Assembly: GCA_964188305.1 (NCBI GenBank)
Contig: OZ076897.1
Reading direction: 5' to 3' (one strand)
From: Podarcis bocagei
Lineage: Eukaryota
DNA length: 64,000 nucleotides
The position numbers and the translations under genes were made by a program. Below the pieces are notes generated by a model, which saw only the letters and a list, made by a program, of their open reading frames with translations, was not told the origin of the DNA and searched no databases. Of this stretch, positions 14,339-27,649 are shown in pieces; within the stretch, counting starts at the first letter, position 1, and each line of letters begins with the position of its first letter.

Positions 14339-17016
14339 CTGAGCGCTATAGGGAGGGGATTTTTTAAAAAATCCAGGTCCTGGAAAACTGCCTTAGGGGA
14401 TTGGGCGGGGAGCGATTGGCTCGCTTGCCCCCGGTGTTTCTCGACGGCACTGAGGCAGGCTGGCTACCTGTGCCCTTTGGCTGGCGGCTTCCCCCCACTG
14501 CCCAGCCAGGATAAAGGAATGTGAGCCAAAGGGGGCTGTGCGGAGACGAGACGAGCCACGCAGCCGCTCTTCCCGCCGCTGCTTTCGCTCCAAATCAAAT
14601 GACAGAGGGAAGTGAGCTGGTCCGGAGACACCTTCATCAATTAATTCCCCTCAAGCCAGCGCTGATTGGACACTCCTGACAGGTGATGCAATAAAAATTG
14701 ATATTCCACCCCCTTCGCAGCTCCCCCCCTCCAAATCTCTGGCTAATTAGCATACTCTTAGGCTCCTACCTCCCCTCCCAAAGTAAATAATACTGTTAGT
14801 ATATAAATCTTTCTATTAAACAATCCGGAGCTCCCAGCCAGCCCATAGCTCGCTCTCGGCGGCGCTGGCGACTGAAGGACCGGGTTTGGAAGCCCTCGGT
14901 GACACGGGTTTTGTTTTATTTTTTGAAACAAATATAATAAATAAATGGAATTTGGAAACCTTCTTGGGGTTATTTAGTGGGGATAAAATGCGGGGGTGGG
15001 GAGGACAGAAAGCTGTTCCCCCCACGATACGAATTCTGTGGATGTAAAGATTGGAAGGGGGAGCTTTTAAGTAACCATTTTAAAGGGGCGCTTATTCTGC
15101 AATGCGTGTCAAAAGGAGGGTTCCTCAACTGGTATTCCCCTTCCTTTGGCTTGCAAGCATAGTTAAACAAAACAAAACAAAACAAAAAACCCTGGGGTTT
15201 GTCTGACGTTATTTTGTATATTTCTGTGAACGACTCGGAAAACGAGAATACTCACGTTCGCTAGCTTAAGTCCCCTCTTTTCCTCTTCCTCCTGGTCTTT
15301 CTCTCTCACTCTCACTCTTTCCGATAGCTAAGTTGGTGCTACTGGGGGTGGGTGGGAATTATTTAGGGCTGCGTGGTTATCCTGAGCTCCAGCCCCGCAA
15401 TACTGTAACACTTTTCTCTGAAATTCTGCCTGTAATATTGGGGGGTGGGGGAGGGGGAGAGGAGGGGGAGAGGAGGAGGTTGGAAGAGAGAGGGGGAAGA
15501 GAGAGAGAGAGAGATCGGGACGCGGGCTCACGTCAGACCCATAACAAAGCCGAGATAAGCCAGCAGCAAGGTCTCTACTTTTCCACAGTTCCCCCGTGCT
15601 AGCTCCCAAGGTGGAGGGAGTCCCCCCTCCGGTCCGCGCGTCCACGCCAGGATCGCCTGCGTGTTGATTGCTTCCAGCAGGGGGAAAAAGATGGCAACAG
15701 AGCCGAGAGGAAAGCTTGGAGAAGGAGGGAGGGAGGAGGAAGGGGAAGATTGCAATGGGTCACAGGGATGCTTCTGACTTCTAGGGTGCCACCCTCGCTA
15801 GAACTTCCCTGGAGGCTGAGGGTTCTTTCCCTCCCCCTCCCCCCTACCTGCGGTCCAGACGATGAGACTGCACCCCCCCTCCCCGCCGCTGGAATAGTAA
15901 ATTCACTGAAGGTGTCTGGGTGTAAGGGGTTTCCTATTCACACGTTCGGTGTCTGAATGTGGGTGCGGGAAAGAGGCTTGCCCCTCCCCCCCACACTTCC
16001 ATCGCTCTATAGAAAAGGCTCTCTCTCCCCCCCCCCCTTACAATTCCAACTTTCACCTTTTCCAAGTGGCGGCCGAATATTTTCGGCTCCGTGGACAAAA
16101 GAGGGGTGGGAAATAAGGCCCAGCCCACGAAAAACTTATACTGTCTTATTGGGGGGGGGTGAGTGTATTATTCCCCCCTCCAAGCCCTTCCGTCTTTCGG
16201 ATCTATCCCAACCCAACGGCAAAATGACCAGCAGCCCGGCCCTATTCTCCGCATCTAAGCGGCTGAAGCCCCAGTCGAGCCGGAGTCGAATCGGCGTCGA
16301 TCCAAATCCTGCTAGTCCGCGGGGTTGCGGTGGATCGCAGTCGCTAATCGATTCACGCCGAATTCCGGCCAGAAGCACAAAGTGGCTGTGTCTTTGCAGA
16401 GAGGAGCTGGCGGCCAGAGCCAAAATGAAATGCATCCCTGTGCTCCAGGAAAACCACTGGGATTCCTCGGACGAAGAAACAGGGTGTGTGTGTTGGGGGG
16501 GGGGGCGGAAGGTAAGAAGAAGATGGCCTGTCTTCGAAGGCCATGTGCCCCACTGATATAGATTCCCATAGTCCTATGCCCCATAATATGAGCGGCTGCA
16601 GAATGATTACGCCGGAACTGGGAAAACGAATAAACAAGTCCATCAACAGAGATCAGCAGTCCAGTCCCGTCCCCACAAAAAAACTCATCCTGTCCCCCCC
16701 AAAAAAAATCCCCTCCTCTTGCTTTTTTTGGTGTGTGTTGATGATTCATTTTCACGGTTGTTGTGCATGACTAGGTAAAATTCAGCCGGCGATTTCTCTC
16801 TCTTCCAACCGCCCCCCTCCTAGCTCCCAGTGTGAGGACTGAAGGGCCAAGGGGTGCTGGCGAGCGCCCGGAAATCAAGAAAGTCCGTGGCCTCGCCTCT
16901 CAACTCAGCCCGGGCTTGAGAAAGCCGTGGAGCTCGGCTGCTGCTCGCCAGACAGAAGGCGACACAACTTGCACGGAGTGACTTCTTCCCTCCGAGCTCC
17001 AAGGCCCGGTTCCCTC

Positions 17017-17186
17017 NNNNNNNNNNNNNNNNNNNNNNNNNNNNNNNNNNNNNNNNNNNNNNNNNNNNNNNNNNNNNNNNNNNNNNNNNNNNNNNNNNNN
17101 NNNNNNNNNNNNNNNNNNNNNNNNNNNNNNNNNNNNNNNNNNNNNNNNNNNNNNNNNNNNNNNNNNNNNNNNNNNNNNNNNNNNNN
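17017..17186. other. Assembly gap
   Basis: Run of N. Confidence 1.
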
Positions 17187-17989
17187 CAAGGAACATCATT
17201 CCTATATATGTGTGGGTGTGATTATATATAATGTTATATATTATAGATCTCCCTTGAGACAAGAGCGAAAAGGAGAGCCCGGTCCAGGGTCTCGTGATAG
17301 TACAGCCCTTCCAACGCAATCGAAAGGCGGTGGCGAACAATGAATGGAAGGCTCCTCGCAGCCCCAGTTGAGCTCCGCATCTGGCTGCCTTCGCCTGTGC
17401 GCGTTCCTCTTCCCCCTCGCGCAGGAGACATCGCCTCTCATTCTGGAGCTGCAAAGCAAAGTTTGGAGGGGAAACAGCTGCCTGACGGTTTTATTTTGTG
17501 GGGGGGTGTGGGGGTGTAGAATGAAGCGAGGAAGAGGGAAATAAAGCGGTATCAGCTTTTGTAGGGTTAAGCAATGGGGACCTTTCAGACCCCTCTGTTC
17601 TCGGTCTCCTATTCCCCAGGATGGCAGCCGTCGTCTCGTGCCCCCCACTCCCGGCACACACACATCCCCACCCAACGCTGCTCCTCCCCCTCCTCCTCCT
17701 ATTTTGATGCTGAAGGTGATGGCATCCCTGACAGGCCGATCCACAAAGTAAATGAAGCCCGAGGTATTGGCTTTAAAGTTCCGGCGGATGCCTCGCTGTT
17801 TTGTCTATTTCGCAAAGTTGAGTTCTAAAGTCGTGGCTCGGTTACTTTTAGGTTCCCAATTGGCACAGGCTATACAACCAAGTCACACACCCCTCCCCCC
17901 CCTTGCAAAGGGTGGTGTACTCCGGAGTAAAGAGGTTGTGGGGATCTCAGCCACAAAACAAGCGCATCCAGGCTCAGAGACAGAGCCAC

Positions 17990-18118
17990 NNNNNNNNNNN
18001 NNNNNNNNNNNNNNNNNNNNNNNNNNNNNNNNNNNNNNNNNNNNNNNNNNNNNNNNNNNNNNNNNNNNNNNNNNNNNNNNNNNNNNNNNNNNNNNNNNNN
18101 NNNNNNNNNNNNNNNNNN
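17990..18118. other. Assembly gap
   Basis: Run of N. Confidence 1.
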
Positions 18119-18285
18119 GCTTCTTCAAGCTGGGTCCCCAGTTTTTGTTTCCTCTAAACATCGACGTTAAAAGCAACAAAATGGGGTGTGTGTGCTTTAA
18201 ATAGCTGCTTTTCTTTAGCCAATCGACATTTCTACCAAGGTACAACGTTAATTCTCTATTTGGAAAAAAAAATCGTGGTAACAAC

Positions 18286-18312
18286 TGTGTGTGTGTGTGT
18301 GTGTGTGTGTGT
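18286..18312. repeat. (TG)13 microsatellite
   Basis: Read directly from the sequence. Confidence 0.95.
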
Positions 18313-19604
18313 AGGACTAGATCAGTTAGTAAACAAATAAATACACACACACCAAGACAGAGATCTTAAGGAAATATTCAATACACATGGGAAAGGCACA
18401 CTGGAGTCGAGTTGAAACTCCCCCACCAGATTCCCTCCCGCAGCCTTTTGTTCCTTGAAACTTCTCCATCTTGAGTTTGCGGGGGGGGTGGGGGAGGGGA
18501 GGAACCTGCCAGTTTTCTTGTGGTCATCAAAACACACCGCTGCATATCCGGGATCTTCCTTACGCACTTCGGGAGTCGATCCTCGTTTCCACAACTCCTC
18601 GCGGACCGAGGACCCTCTCTGGAAGCAAAAGGAAGGCCGAGGAGGTTTTTCCAGTGGATTCGCAGGCAGGCATACCGAAGCTAGCAACAGTTTTGCAGTT
18701 TCAGGTTATTAACGTGAGAACGCTCCCTCCAAAACACACAGCCACACACGCTGGGGGAGCGGATAGATATTGGGGTGTGTGAAAATAAGGTGCCTGTTGT
18801 CGATGGTGGTCAAAATTATGCGAGACTTTACTGATTTCCCTGAGTGAACAACAGACGCCGGCAGCGTTCATAGAGGAAAATCAAAGGCAGTACAATTTCT
18901 CGGCCCTGCCACTGAGTCCGCCTCTCCAGTCCAGCTACGGGGGATTCCTTGAATTCAAATGCAATTTTAAGCACGCTTTCGGGGCGGGATGGGGGGGACG
19001 CTAATTAAACGGAGTGGAACTTCCTTCCAAGTAAACGTGCTTTGGCTTGGACTACTAGGCTGCAATCCTAAAACGCTTAGTTGGAAGCAAGTTGCTCTGC
19101 AACCCGCGGGACTTATTTTTCCAAATACCAGGAAGATCTCTGTATGTTTGCAAATCCTGCCGAAGGATTTAGGAATAAATCTCTGCACAGCGAAAAAGAG
19201 TTAGGTTCACTGCATTGTGAATCTGGTTTGTGTGTGTGTGTGTGTGTTTTTGTGGGGTGGGAGGGTGTGTGTTTTACCTGAGGCTGAAATGTGGCCTTCT
19301 TTTTCTTTCTGGCGAAACAGATAAGGCTACCGGTGGATCCATATACCAGTTAGACGAGGAAATACTTGGATTTTAGGTCGTCTTGCAGCCTGGAAAACCT
19401 TTAAGTGAAAGTCTTCGAATTTAAGCTGATTTAGTGACACTGATTTCAGGCATCAGTCCCGGTAGTTATGAATGGGACGCGGTGGAATTAATGGAATCAA
19501 TAATTCGAAAATCAATTAGATTGAATCGGGTTCAGCCTTTGGACAACAATTCAACTGGGTTGTGGATAGCGAGAACGCTCATGAGGCATTTTCCTCTTCT
19601 CACC

Positions 19605-19607
<3 letters not shown>

Positions 19608-19655
<48 letters not shown>
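19608..19655. repeat. (GA)24 microsatellite
   Basis: Read directly from the sequence. Confidence 0.95.
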
Positions 19656-19660
<5 letters not shown>

Positions 19661-22600
19661 AATCAAATGTGCTCCTTTTCCCATCGAGTAGCCCCAGTCT
19701 GTAATGTATACCCTACCTTAGATAGGATTTCTTTACCTTAGATGATATTTCAGTCTGAAGCACTCTTGGCGAACGACAAACCTAATTAGAAAATAACGAG
19801 GAAAAATAATATTCCTCACCCAATGCTGTAAACCTATTCCCATTGATCTCAGATTGCATAGTTGTTGTTTTTACTCTGTAGTATTAAAAATATATAGAAG
19901 CTCCCTTGTATCGCTGCTTTTTTTGGGAAAGGGGGGTTTACTGGGAGATGAGTGTGTCTGCGTTTGAGAGAGGGGGGTATATATTTGAAAACGCCCTCTG
20001 AGGTTGTGCTTTGATATATTTTCATTGTATTATCATGACTATGTTTAAACAGCCCTGCAATCCAGGCTGACCTCTTATTTCTGGGGCAAGTCACTCAGAG
20101 CACCATTTACAGCCCTTTAAATGTTTACTTGTGAAATGCAACAGCACTTTAAGCTTCTATTTTCACGAGGTCCTCGAATTCTCCGTATCCTGGTGCATTT
20201 TCACACTACAGCAGCCACCTCCAGACTATTTTATTCTTGGTTATAACCCTTTCCCGATTGGCACAGCTTATTATTCGAGGGTTATTCTGCATATAATTAT
20301 TATAATCATTATTATTTTATTTCAGAGGTAAAAATATATCATTTCCCAGCCTAAATTAGATTTTCAGAGTTGGTGCATTGCCTGTAGTCCCCCCTATAAT
20401 ATATCCAGGGCGGATTGGGGGAGGGGAAGAAACAGTTGGGGAATATGGCAAAGGGACCAAAACCTGTCAAAAGGGTCATTCAGCTCCCCATATTATTCAG
20501 CCAAACGTAAGTGCAGACTTTAAAAAAACCCTCCACATACACTTATTTTAAAAAGGACAAGCATAGACACCTTTTGACACATTACAGCAATACCCAGTAT
20601 AGTTAAAGGCTTTGCGTGGTGTGAGGGACACTCCAAGACCCATAGCTGAGTTCCTGCAACACATCACACTGTGAGTTATATCTCTGTAAACAGAGCAACA
20701 ATTTATAGTGCTGTTGAGGGCTGCTTTGTTTTCTCACATGGACATATCTTCTTGCTTTGCAAATATCAGGAAAAGAGGTTTTCTTCTCTTTCATCGTCAA
20801 ATTTTCCCCTAGAAACTTCGCTCATCCTTGTTGTTTTTAAACCTCACTTTTAAAGAAGAGGTTTTTTGGGACACAAACTGCCTGCCATGTTGCCTACTGA
20901 CCCATAATCAAAATGCAGTGACCTCCTACCCTTTTTTTGCCCCTTGACCCATCCCGAATTCAATGCAGCCTTTATAAATTTGCAAATCCTTGGACGTAAA
21001 GGGGGATTTGGGGAGGCTTTGTTCTGCGAGGATCCTAAAAGTGTGCATTTTTAATTAGACACAAAGGTGCAGTAAACAAAGACTCAGGGACACGCTGGTG
21101 TTTCTGACGTACAGGTGGGCAGAACCCCCCCCTCACACGCCTGGACTCGATTGCAAAAGATATATTGCCCACCCCAAACGCCCCCTCCAAATTGCCGCCA
21201 AAAATAACGCTCCAAAAATTGAAGCAAGCAGCAAAAGGCAATTACAAACGCACACGAGATCCAAAGGGTTAGGGATTGCACCAAATTAGCAATGTGGTAC
21301 AAATCACTTTCATGACGTAAGGAATGGCCAGGCCAGAGTCTTCCAGCGTTCCTCATCTCTAAGGACTGTGGGGATCCTGATGACCCCGGGAGGGGGAGAG
21401 AGCGAGAGGGAGGGAGAGGGACGGAGAGAGATTTGATCTGAAGCTACAGGCACATTCCCTTATCTCCCTAGCTATCAGCCAGTTTAAAGGACACCATAAT
21501 TACGATTGCGATAAAAGCAAGACAATGCCTGCCTATTTGGGCTGAATAAATAAGGAATGTTTACAACTGTAGAATGTTTCAGTGGCAATTAAAGGCTGGC
21601 AAAGAAAACCTCTCCTTCTGCCCTCAACCTTATTTACTCGGTTTTGCTTTTATTGCAATCTTTTCATTCCTTTCCTATGCAGCAGATCACCCTTTTAGAA
21701 GGGTGGTAAAGAGGAAATGGGGAGCGTTACATGAGGGACAGAAAAGACACCAGAGACGCCTGCTCCATATTTGTTGTTATTTTTCTTCATTTCTCCAGTT
21801 GCACACAGAGAGCGAAACTTTCAGGTCTAGCCATAAAAGAGCCGGGACATCCAGCGCGGTGTTACAATATGGCGCTGAGGGGGCTATGCTCATTTCCACC
21901 CACAACCAAAACCCAAAGATGTTTGAGGGGCTTCAGAAGGTGTTGGTGGACAATCAGCGCCTTATTTCCTCTCATCCCCGGAAACCGAAAATCCACCTCA
22001 TTTGCTAAGACACAAGGATCTATTCAACTATCCATTGTATCAGCAAACCTCATCATAATCAGATTAAATGCAGGTTTGGACACTAATACCTGCGAGGCTG
22101 AGCATTAAACATCGCCTGGAGTATGCAGAAATCAGTGAATGGGCTTCTTTTGCTCGCTTGATCATCGCGTTACCAAAATAGTAACACCAACAGCATTTCC
22201 TCTTAAAAACAAAACAAAAAACTGTTCCTCCTCCTCCGACACTTTTTCTCCCAGCTACAACCATAACCTAAACTTCTCAACCTCGTTTTCTACCGCCGGC
22301 TCATTTGTTTTTATTTCGAGATTCAAAACTTTTGCCACATGGGGTGAGAGCAACAAGGGTAGTGGGTTTCAAATGCAGGCAGGGATCGGCTTTTAACACA
22401 TTCGCTCTTAAGGAATTAATAAAGTGCAAACTTTTTCTTTCTTTCACGTTAAACTCTCACCGGGGAAGGTTTCCTTATTTAAAGCTAAGGGGGGGGGGGA
22501 CATGTGCGTATGTGCGTGTAGTGGCGGCGGCGGGGGGCATCCTAGTGTATATTTGCAGCTCTCTGGCTAGTTCCAGGCCCCCTTTCCTTTTGAAAGTTTT

Positions 22601-22949
22601 AGACCTTCAATACCCTCGGATTCTACTGGCAGACTTAGGATGGCCTTGGAGGGTCCTAAACGTGACCATTCACTGAGGCGGGGGGCTACAGCTTGCAACA
22701 ACGTGCTCGGCAACTTAATCTTGCCCCAAAATGGGAAGAGCGCGCAAAAGAACGGAATACAAACTCTCTCTACATCTCTAGTCCCTTTCTAAGGTGGATT
22801 GTGTATTTTGCAGCCGATGGGAACGTCTGGATTTCGCAGCAAAAAGGAGAGAAGGTAAGTGTTTTATCCTTGTAGCCGCCAGTTCGTGGAGAAACAATGC
22901 CAGAACAAAGGGGACCACTTCTCCCTCTGAAGCGTTTTGTATTTTCTTC

Positions 22950-24279
22950 CTCCATTTCTCACCGAGGAGACACTGGGGAGGGGGAAGGGAGAGGCGACTC
23001 GCACAACTTTTTCGCTTTTAGATAAGAAAGGCTGGAGCGAGCGGGGCGTTTGAGAAACTAGCCACCGGCGCGCGGATTTAAATAACACGTCGACTACTCC
23101 AAAGAGAAAGGGAGAAGGATCCCAGCAGCCGCCGCCTCCTCCCTCGCACCGCCTGCAGCAAACGGGTCCGCCGCCAATTCAGCGGCGCTGAAACTGGAGA
23201 AACGGCTCGCGCCGCCTCGGCCGCGAGAAGAAAAAAAAACCCAAACACCACCTAAACCCTCCCTTCCGAGGGCGAGCCGGCGCCTGCAGCTCGGCCGGGC
23301 TTTCCGCGTGGAAAATGGGATAGGAGCCGCGCGAAGGGACGGGGCTGCGTTTTAAAACGCAAGATCTCGCCGCCGCCTTCGGAAAAGCGGCCCTGGAAGG
23401 AAACGTAGAGAATATATCAGGGTCTCCCCTCCCCCGATCGCGGGGAGCAAAGGAGAAAAAGGGCCCGGCGAGGTTTGTACGGGCGCGGGCTGAGGAAGGC
23501 TTCACCAACAGCTCTCCTGTTTGGGGTTTTGTGGGGCAAGGGAGAAGCGGGAACTGGAGGCTGCAAGGTCCTTTGCAGCCGAGAAAGCGCTTCTTGCCTC
23601 GGCGGGAGCAGGGAGAACCCGGGGCCTGGTGTGGCCCAAGCTCAGAAAGCGGAGGCGGCATTGCCTAAGTTGTCCCCCCGCAGCAGCAGCAGCAGAGGAC
23701 CCCCCCCCCCGTCCAATGTTTATAGCTCTCCCCTTCGGCTGCATTGTCCGGGAGCAGCGGGGGGAGGAGACTGGAGAGAAGGAGCCCAACGTCTCCTTAC
23801 GCCAATGTAAGGCGTCGCTGCCTCCTTCCCTCCAGAGAAGAAGAGTGGCGAGGAGGCAGGCAGGCAAGCACAGTTAGCACGAGGAAGCCGTCGCCGCTGC
23901 AGCAGCAGCAGCTTCCCTTTCCCCCTCTCGCCTGGGCTCTTTCCATTCATTTACCCGGGCGCAGGGGGCGGGGCCTGCGGGCCGGTGACCTTTCACCTCC
24001 TGCCTTCCTGCCTTCTCCCCCTCGGCGTTTCCTTTTGCCGCTCGGCCATTTGCTTACCCAGAAGCCAGCGCGCCGGGCGCGCTCGTGCCGAGCTCGAGTC
24101 TCTCGTAATCGCCCCTCTCGACCCCGCCCACTCCGCTTCTCTCTGCCCTCCCCTCCCGGGCGCGCGGCTTCCAATCTCAGGCCGGCAGGCAGCTCCTGGC
24201 GGAGGCCGCTGCTGCAACTCCCCGCGTGGACGCTAGGGGCAGCCGCTTCCAAGGGAGGGTGCTCTTTAGCTGCCCGCGG
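22950..24279. promoter_or_regulatory. CpG island upstream of SKIDA1 (alternative promoter or Polycomb-type island)
   Basis: Very high CpG density and GC boxes (GGGGCGGGGC near 23964); it runs into an assembly gap. Confidence 0.7.
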
Positions 24280-24422
24280 NNNNNNNNNNNNNNNNNNNNN
24301 NNNNNNNNNNNNNNNNNNNNNNNNNNNNNNNNNNNNNNNNNNNNNNNNNNNNNNNNNNNNNNNNNNNNNNNNNNNNNNNNNNNNNNNNNNNNNNNNNNNN
24401 NNNNNNNNNNNNNNNNNNNNNN
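24280..24422. other. Assembly gap
   Basis: Run of N. Confidence 1.
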
Positions 24423-27400
24423 TAAAACAGTTCCAAACACTAATTTTACGGTCCCACTGACACTGGTGCAGATTACTTTCAAGTCACGTATTCAACATCC
24501 GGTATCACTGTCCACGTTATTATAGGTAATTATTAATTATAATTTCCGACAGCAGTAATTAATTGCATTTATTGAACACAGCTAACGCTTGTCATAAATC
24601 AGGATTATTTACAACGATGACGGTAATGCGGCTGAAGGAAGAGAAAAAAAAAGTTCCTGAAAGTTTAGGCAGGGCGATTAAAACTGGGAAAAAAGGAGGG
24701 GAGATGGTAAAGGATTTCCCCTTCCATAAGGTAAAGAGCTAGACTTCAAAGCCCCCACATCCCGCCCCCAATATGGGGGAAATGTAGTTGAAGGGAATAC
24801 TAGGGAACTATGAAGAGTCACGGCATTTCCTACTCAGCATCTCCTGCCCCAAGTCATCATCTCCCCTCCCCCTTCCCCCAAAAGCAAAGGGATGGCTTTG
24901 AAGAAAAAGGTTTAGAACTCTTTGTTTCTGCTTTTCTTCCTGACCATGTGAGTGAGGCGGGGTTGGGTCGGTGGGATTGGAAAGCAGCAAAACAGGTCAC
25001 TGGGTGACTTGCTTCTTCATCCTTCAGCTTTTAGCGTCTCTCTCTCTTCGCCCTAGAAAAATGACACTCCTGGGTTTCCTTAAAAAGAATATTTTAAGTG
25101 GGAAAAGAGGGGGGGGGACTCGAGATCGAGGACTGTTTTAATGGTCTAAAGCATGAGGGGACTACCATCAAATGGCACAGCGTTTCACTCTTAAGAATAT
25201 CTGAATAGATCAAATCCCGTTCGCCCCTCCTTGGAAGGCTGGGAAGAAACAAGTTCTTTTAACGACGAGCTTTAGAACTTAAGCTAAAGCTGCAGCCGAG
25301 AGGGAAGTGTTTTTCTCGGCCTTGCTTGCGGATCTGCAGAGCTTGCAGCGTGGCCCAGAACCGGTAGCGTTCAGATGCACGTGCAGCAGACAGCCCCGGC
25401 CATCTGCAATATCTTCAGATCGCTGCCTGCTTTTTGTTTTTGTTGAAGCCTTCCCAACCTGCGAGATCACTGTGAGAACAAAGTGCAGGCTAGGAGCAGG
25501 CGTGGGCCGAGCTTCCGGAGGGCTCTGAGACGGAGGAGGCGGAGGGAAGAGGTGCTTCTGGGGACAGCCTCCCAAATCGCAGCTTTCCCCAAAAGCAGCA
25601 AGACGTAGAAAGTGGCGACCCAAACGGTGACCTACTGCATACGAGCGGAAGGTTGCAGGGAGGACAGGAATCCATCCGAACAGCGAGGCGGGATTGTACT
25701 GCATATTAAAGAAGAGATTTTACGAGGCTGGTTTTCGTTTGAAAGCATGGCCGTGTTAGGCAAATGAGTGTCAAGGCATTGCACACGGCTTTCTTGGGAG
25801 ATTCTTGCCGGCGACATAATCGATACAAACAAATCATGTAGAAGGGAACAAAAAGATTCTCTCCCCGCGCCACCCTTAAATGGTAATAAAAGACTGACGC
25901 TCCATGAATTGTCAAATCCCGCTAAAGGTTTTGAGAGAGACGCTTGTCCACCGGACGGAAGGGGGATTTGGAGCTGCTTGTTGCCTGTTGAATATGACGG
26001 ACAAGTGTTTTCTATCCCAGGCAAAATGTGCCTATTCGCCAAATACTCGATTGGAACAGGTTTTGGCATCGGGCTGTTAAAAGGGTCTTGTCAGGTCTTG
26101 AGTAAAATAAATATTTTTAAAAATAAAATTCTGACACTGTTAACATGGTTGTCAAAATGTGGAAAAACAAGATACAGTGGTATTTTAATTATTTAAGTGG
26201 ATTTAAACCTCTTTCCCTTGCTCTCTCTTTTACACACAGCATCCCAGTTAGGCACCTGATAATTTCAATCCAGATACCAATTAATGCCAAGTATTTTGAT
26301 TAAATTGATTAATCCTCTTATGCTACATGCGTTATTTAGAAGTGAGTTCCATGACATGACTTGCATTTCTTAAGTTTACTATTTGAGATGTTAAATTGCC
26401 ATCCATAATCAATTTATTCTGGATCAATCTCTTTGGATTATTCTGGAATAAACAGACTGTTGAGTGTGCTTTTGGGGTTGCAATCCTGACACTTGTTTAG
26501 AAGCCAAGCACAACAGGAGCAGTGACCTATTGCCAGTTAAATGTGTTTTAGAAACCAGTAGCTGATGTTATGCGATCGGCTGCAATTGTATGCAGGTTTT
26601 CTTGAGAGTAAGTCCCACAAACTCAGTCGGCTTTACTTGCAAGTAAACATGAAAGAACCCAATTTTAACTGGGCTGTAAATCGAGTTGCCAGTTAAGTGC
26701 CTATAATTCCCCCTAATTAGCATATCTCCATTTCTGTATCCCATGGTTGGGCCATGCTTACAATGAGCAGTGGATTGGTTACAAATAGATTTTAGTTGTC
26801 GGAATATAAACCAGTTCGTTTAAAAATAAAATAATGGAAACGTATTTTATTTGTAACAAAAACACACCAATCAACAGCAGATTGAAAAGAGACACTTCCT
26901 CATAGTGCAATAATTAAAAAATACTCTTTTTATTTAAAAAAGTGGGAAAGTTTTATGTTTATGTGAGAAAATATCAAAGCAGGAAAAGGTTTGTTTACAA
27001 TAAAATAATTGCAAAGCATCCTCCCACCCTCCAAAATATAGCAAATAAACTAAAAGAAAGCCAAAATGTAACACAATTCGCTCATGGTTAAATTATAGGT
27101 AAGGAAGTTGAAGAAAGATGCATTTTGTTTATTTTAAAGGGCCTGTCTAGGTGGCTCTTAGTTGTATTAGTTTGATTTGTTAAAAACAAGAGGAATGCTT
27201 TTTGTTTTCTTTAGAGGTTAGCATCTTGTGAATCTGCTGTCTTTTGGTAAAACTATTGAGAATTGTAGAAAGATTCTCAGCGAACAAAGAAGGCAGCGTT
27301 AGCAGGGCAATAGGAGCGTGACAGTTTGAGCCAAGGTGGCAAAGAGTTCAAGTCATGAAGACGTTAAACCGAAGTTCTTGGATTGAAGCCAGTTTTGCAA

Positions 27401-27649
27401 AGTGCATCGGCTTAATTCCCTTTCATTGGGACTTCCTTCCGAGTAAGCGCATATATGAGAGTACAGTGGAGCTCCACTCTATCGGTTGTGGATCCAAGCT
27501 TTCCTAAGAGTAGTTTTACCAGGGTTGGAAGAAATTGAGAAAGGTCTGTGGTCAGCACTTGTCCTGTTTTGATTGATGATCTATCCCACCCACCCCCCCT
27601 TTTCTCCTGCAACCAACCGCTGCAAAGGCTGCTTAAAAGAAGTTTGCCT

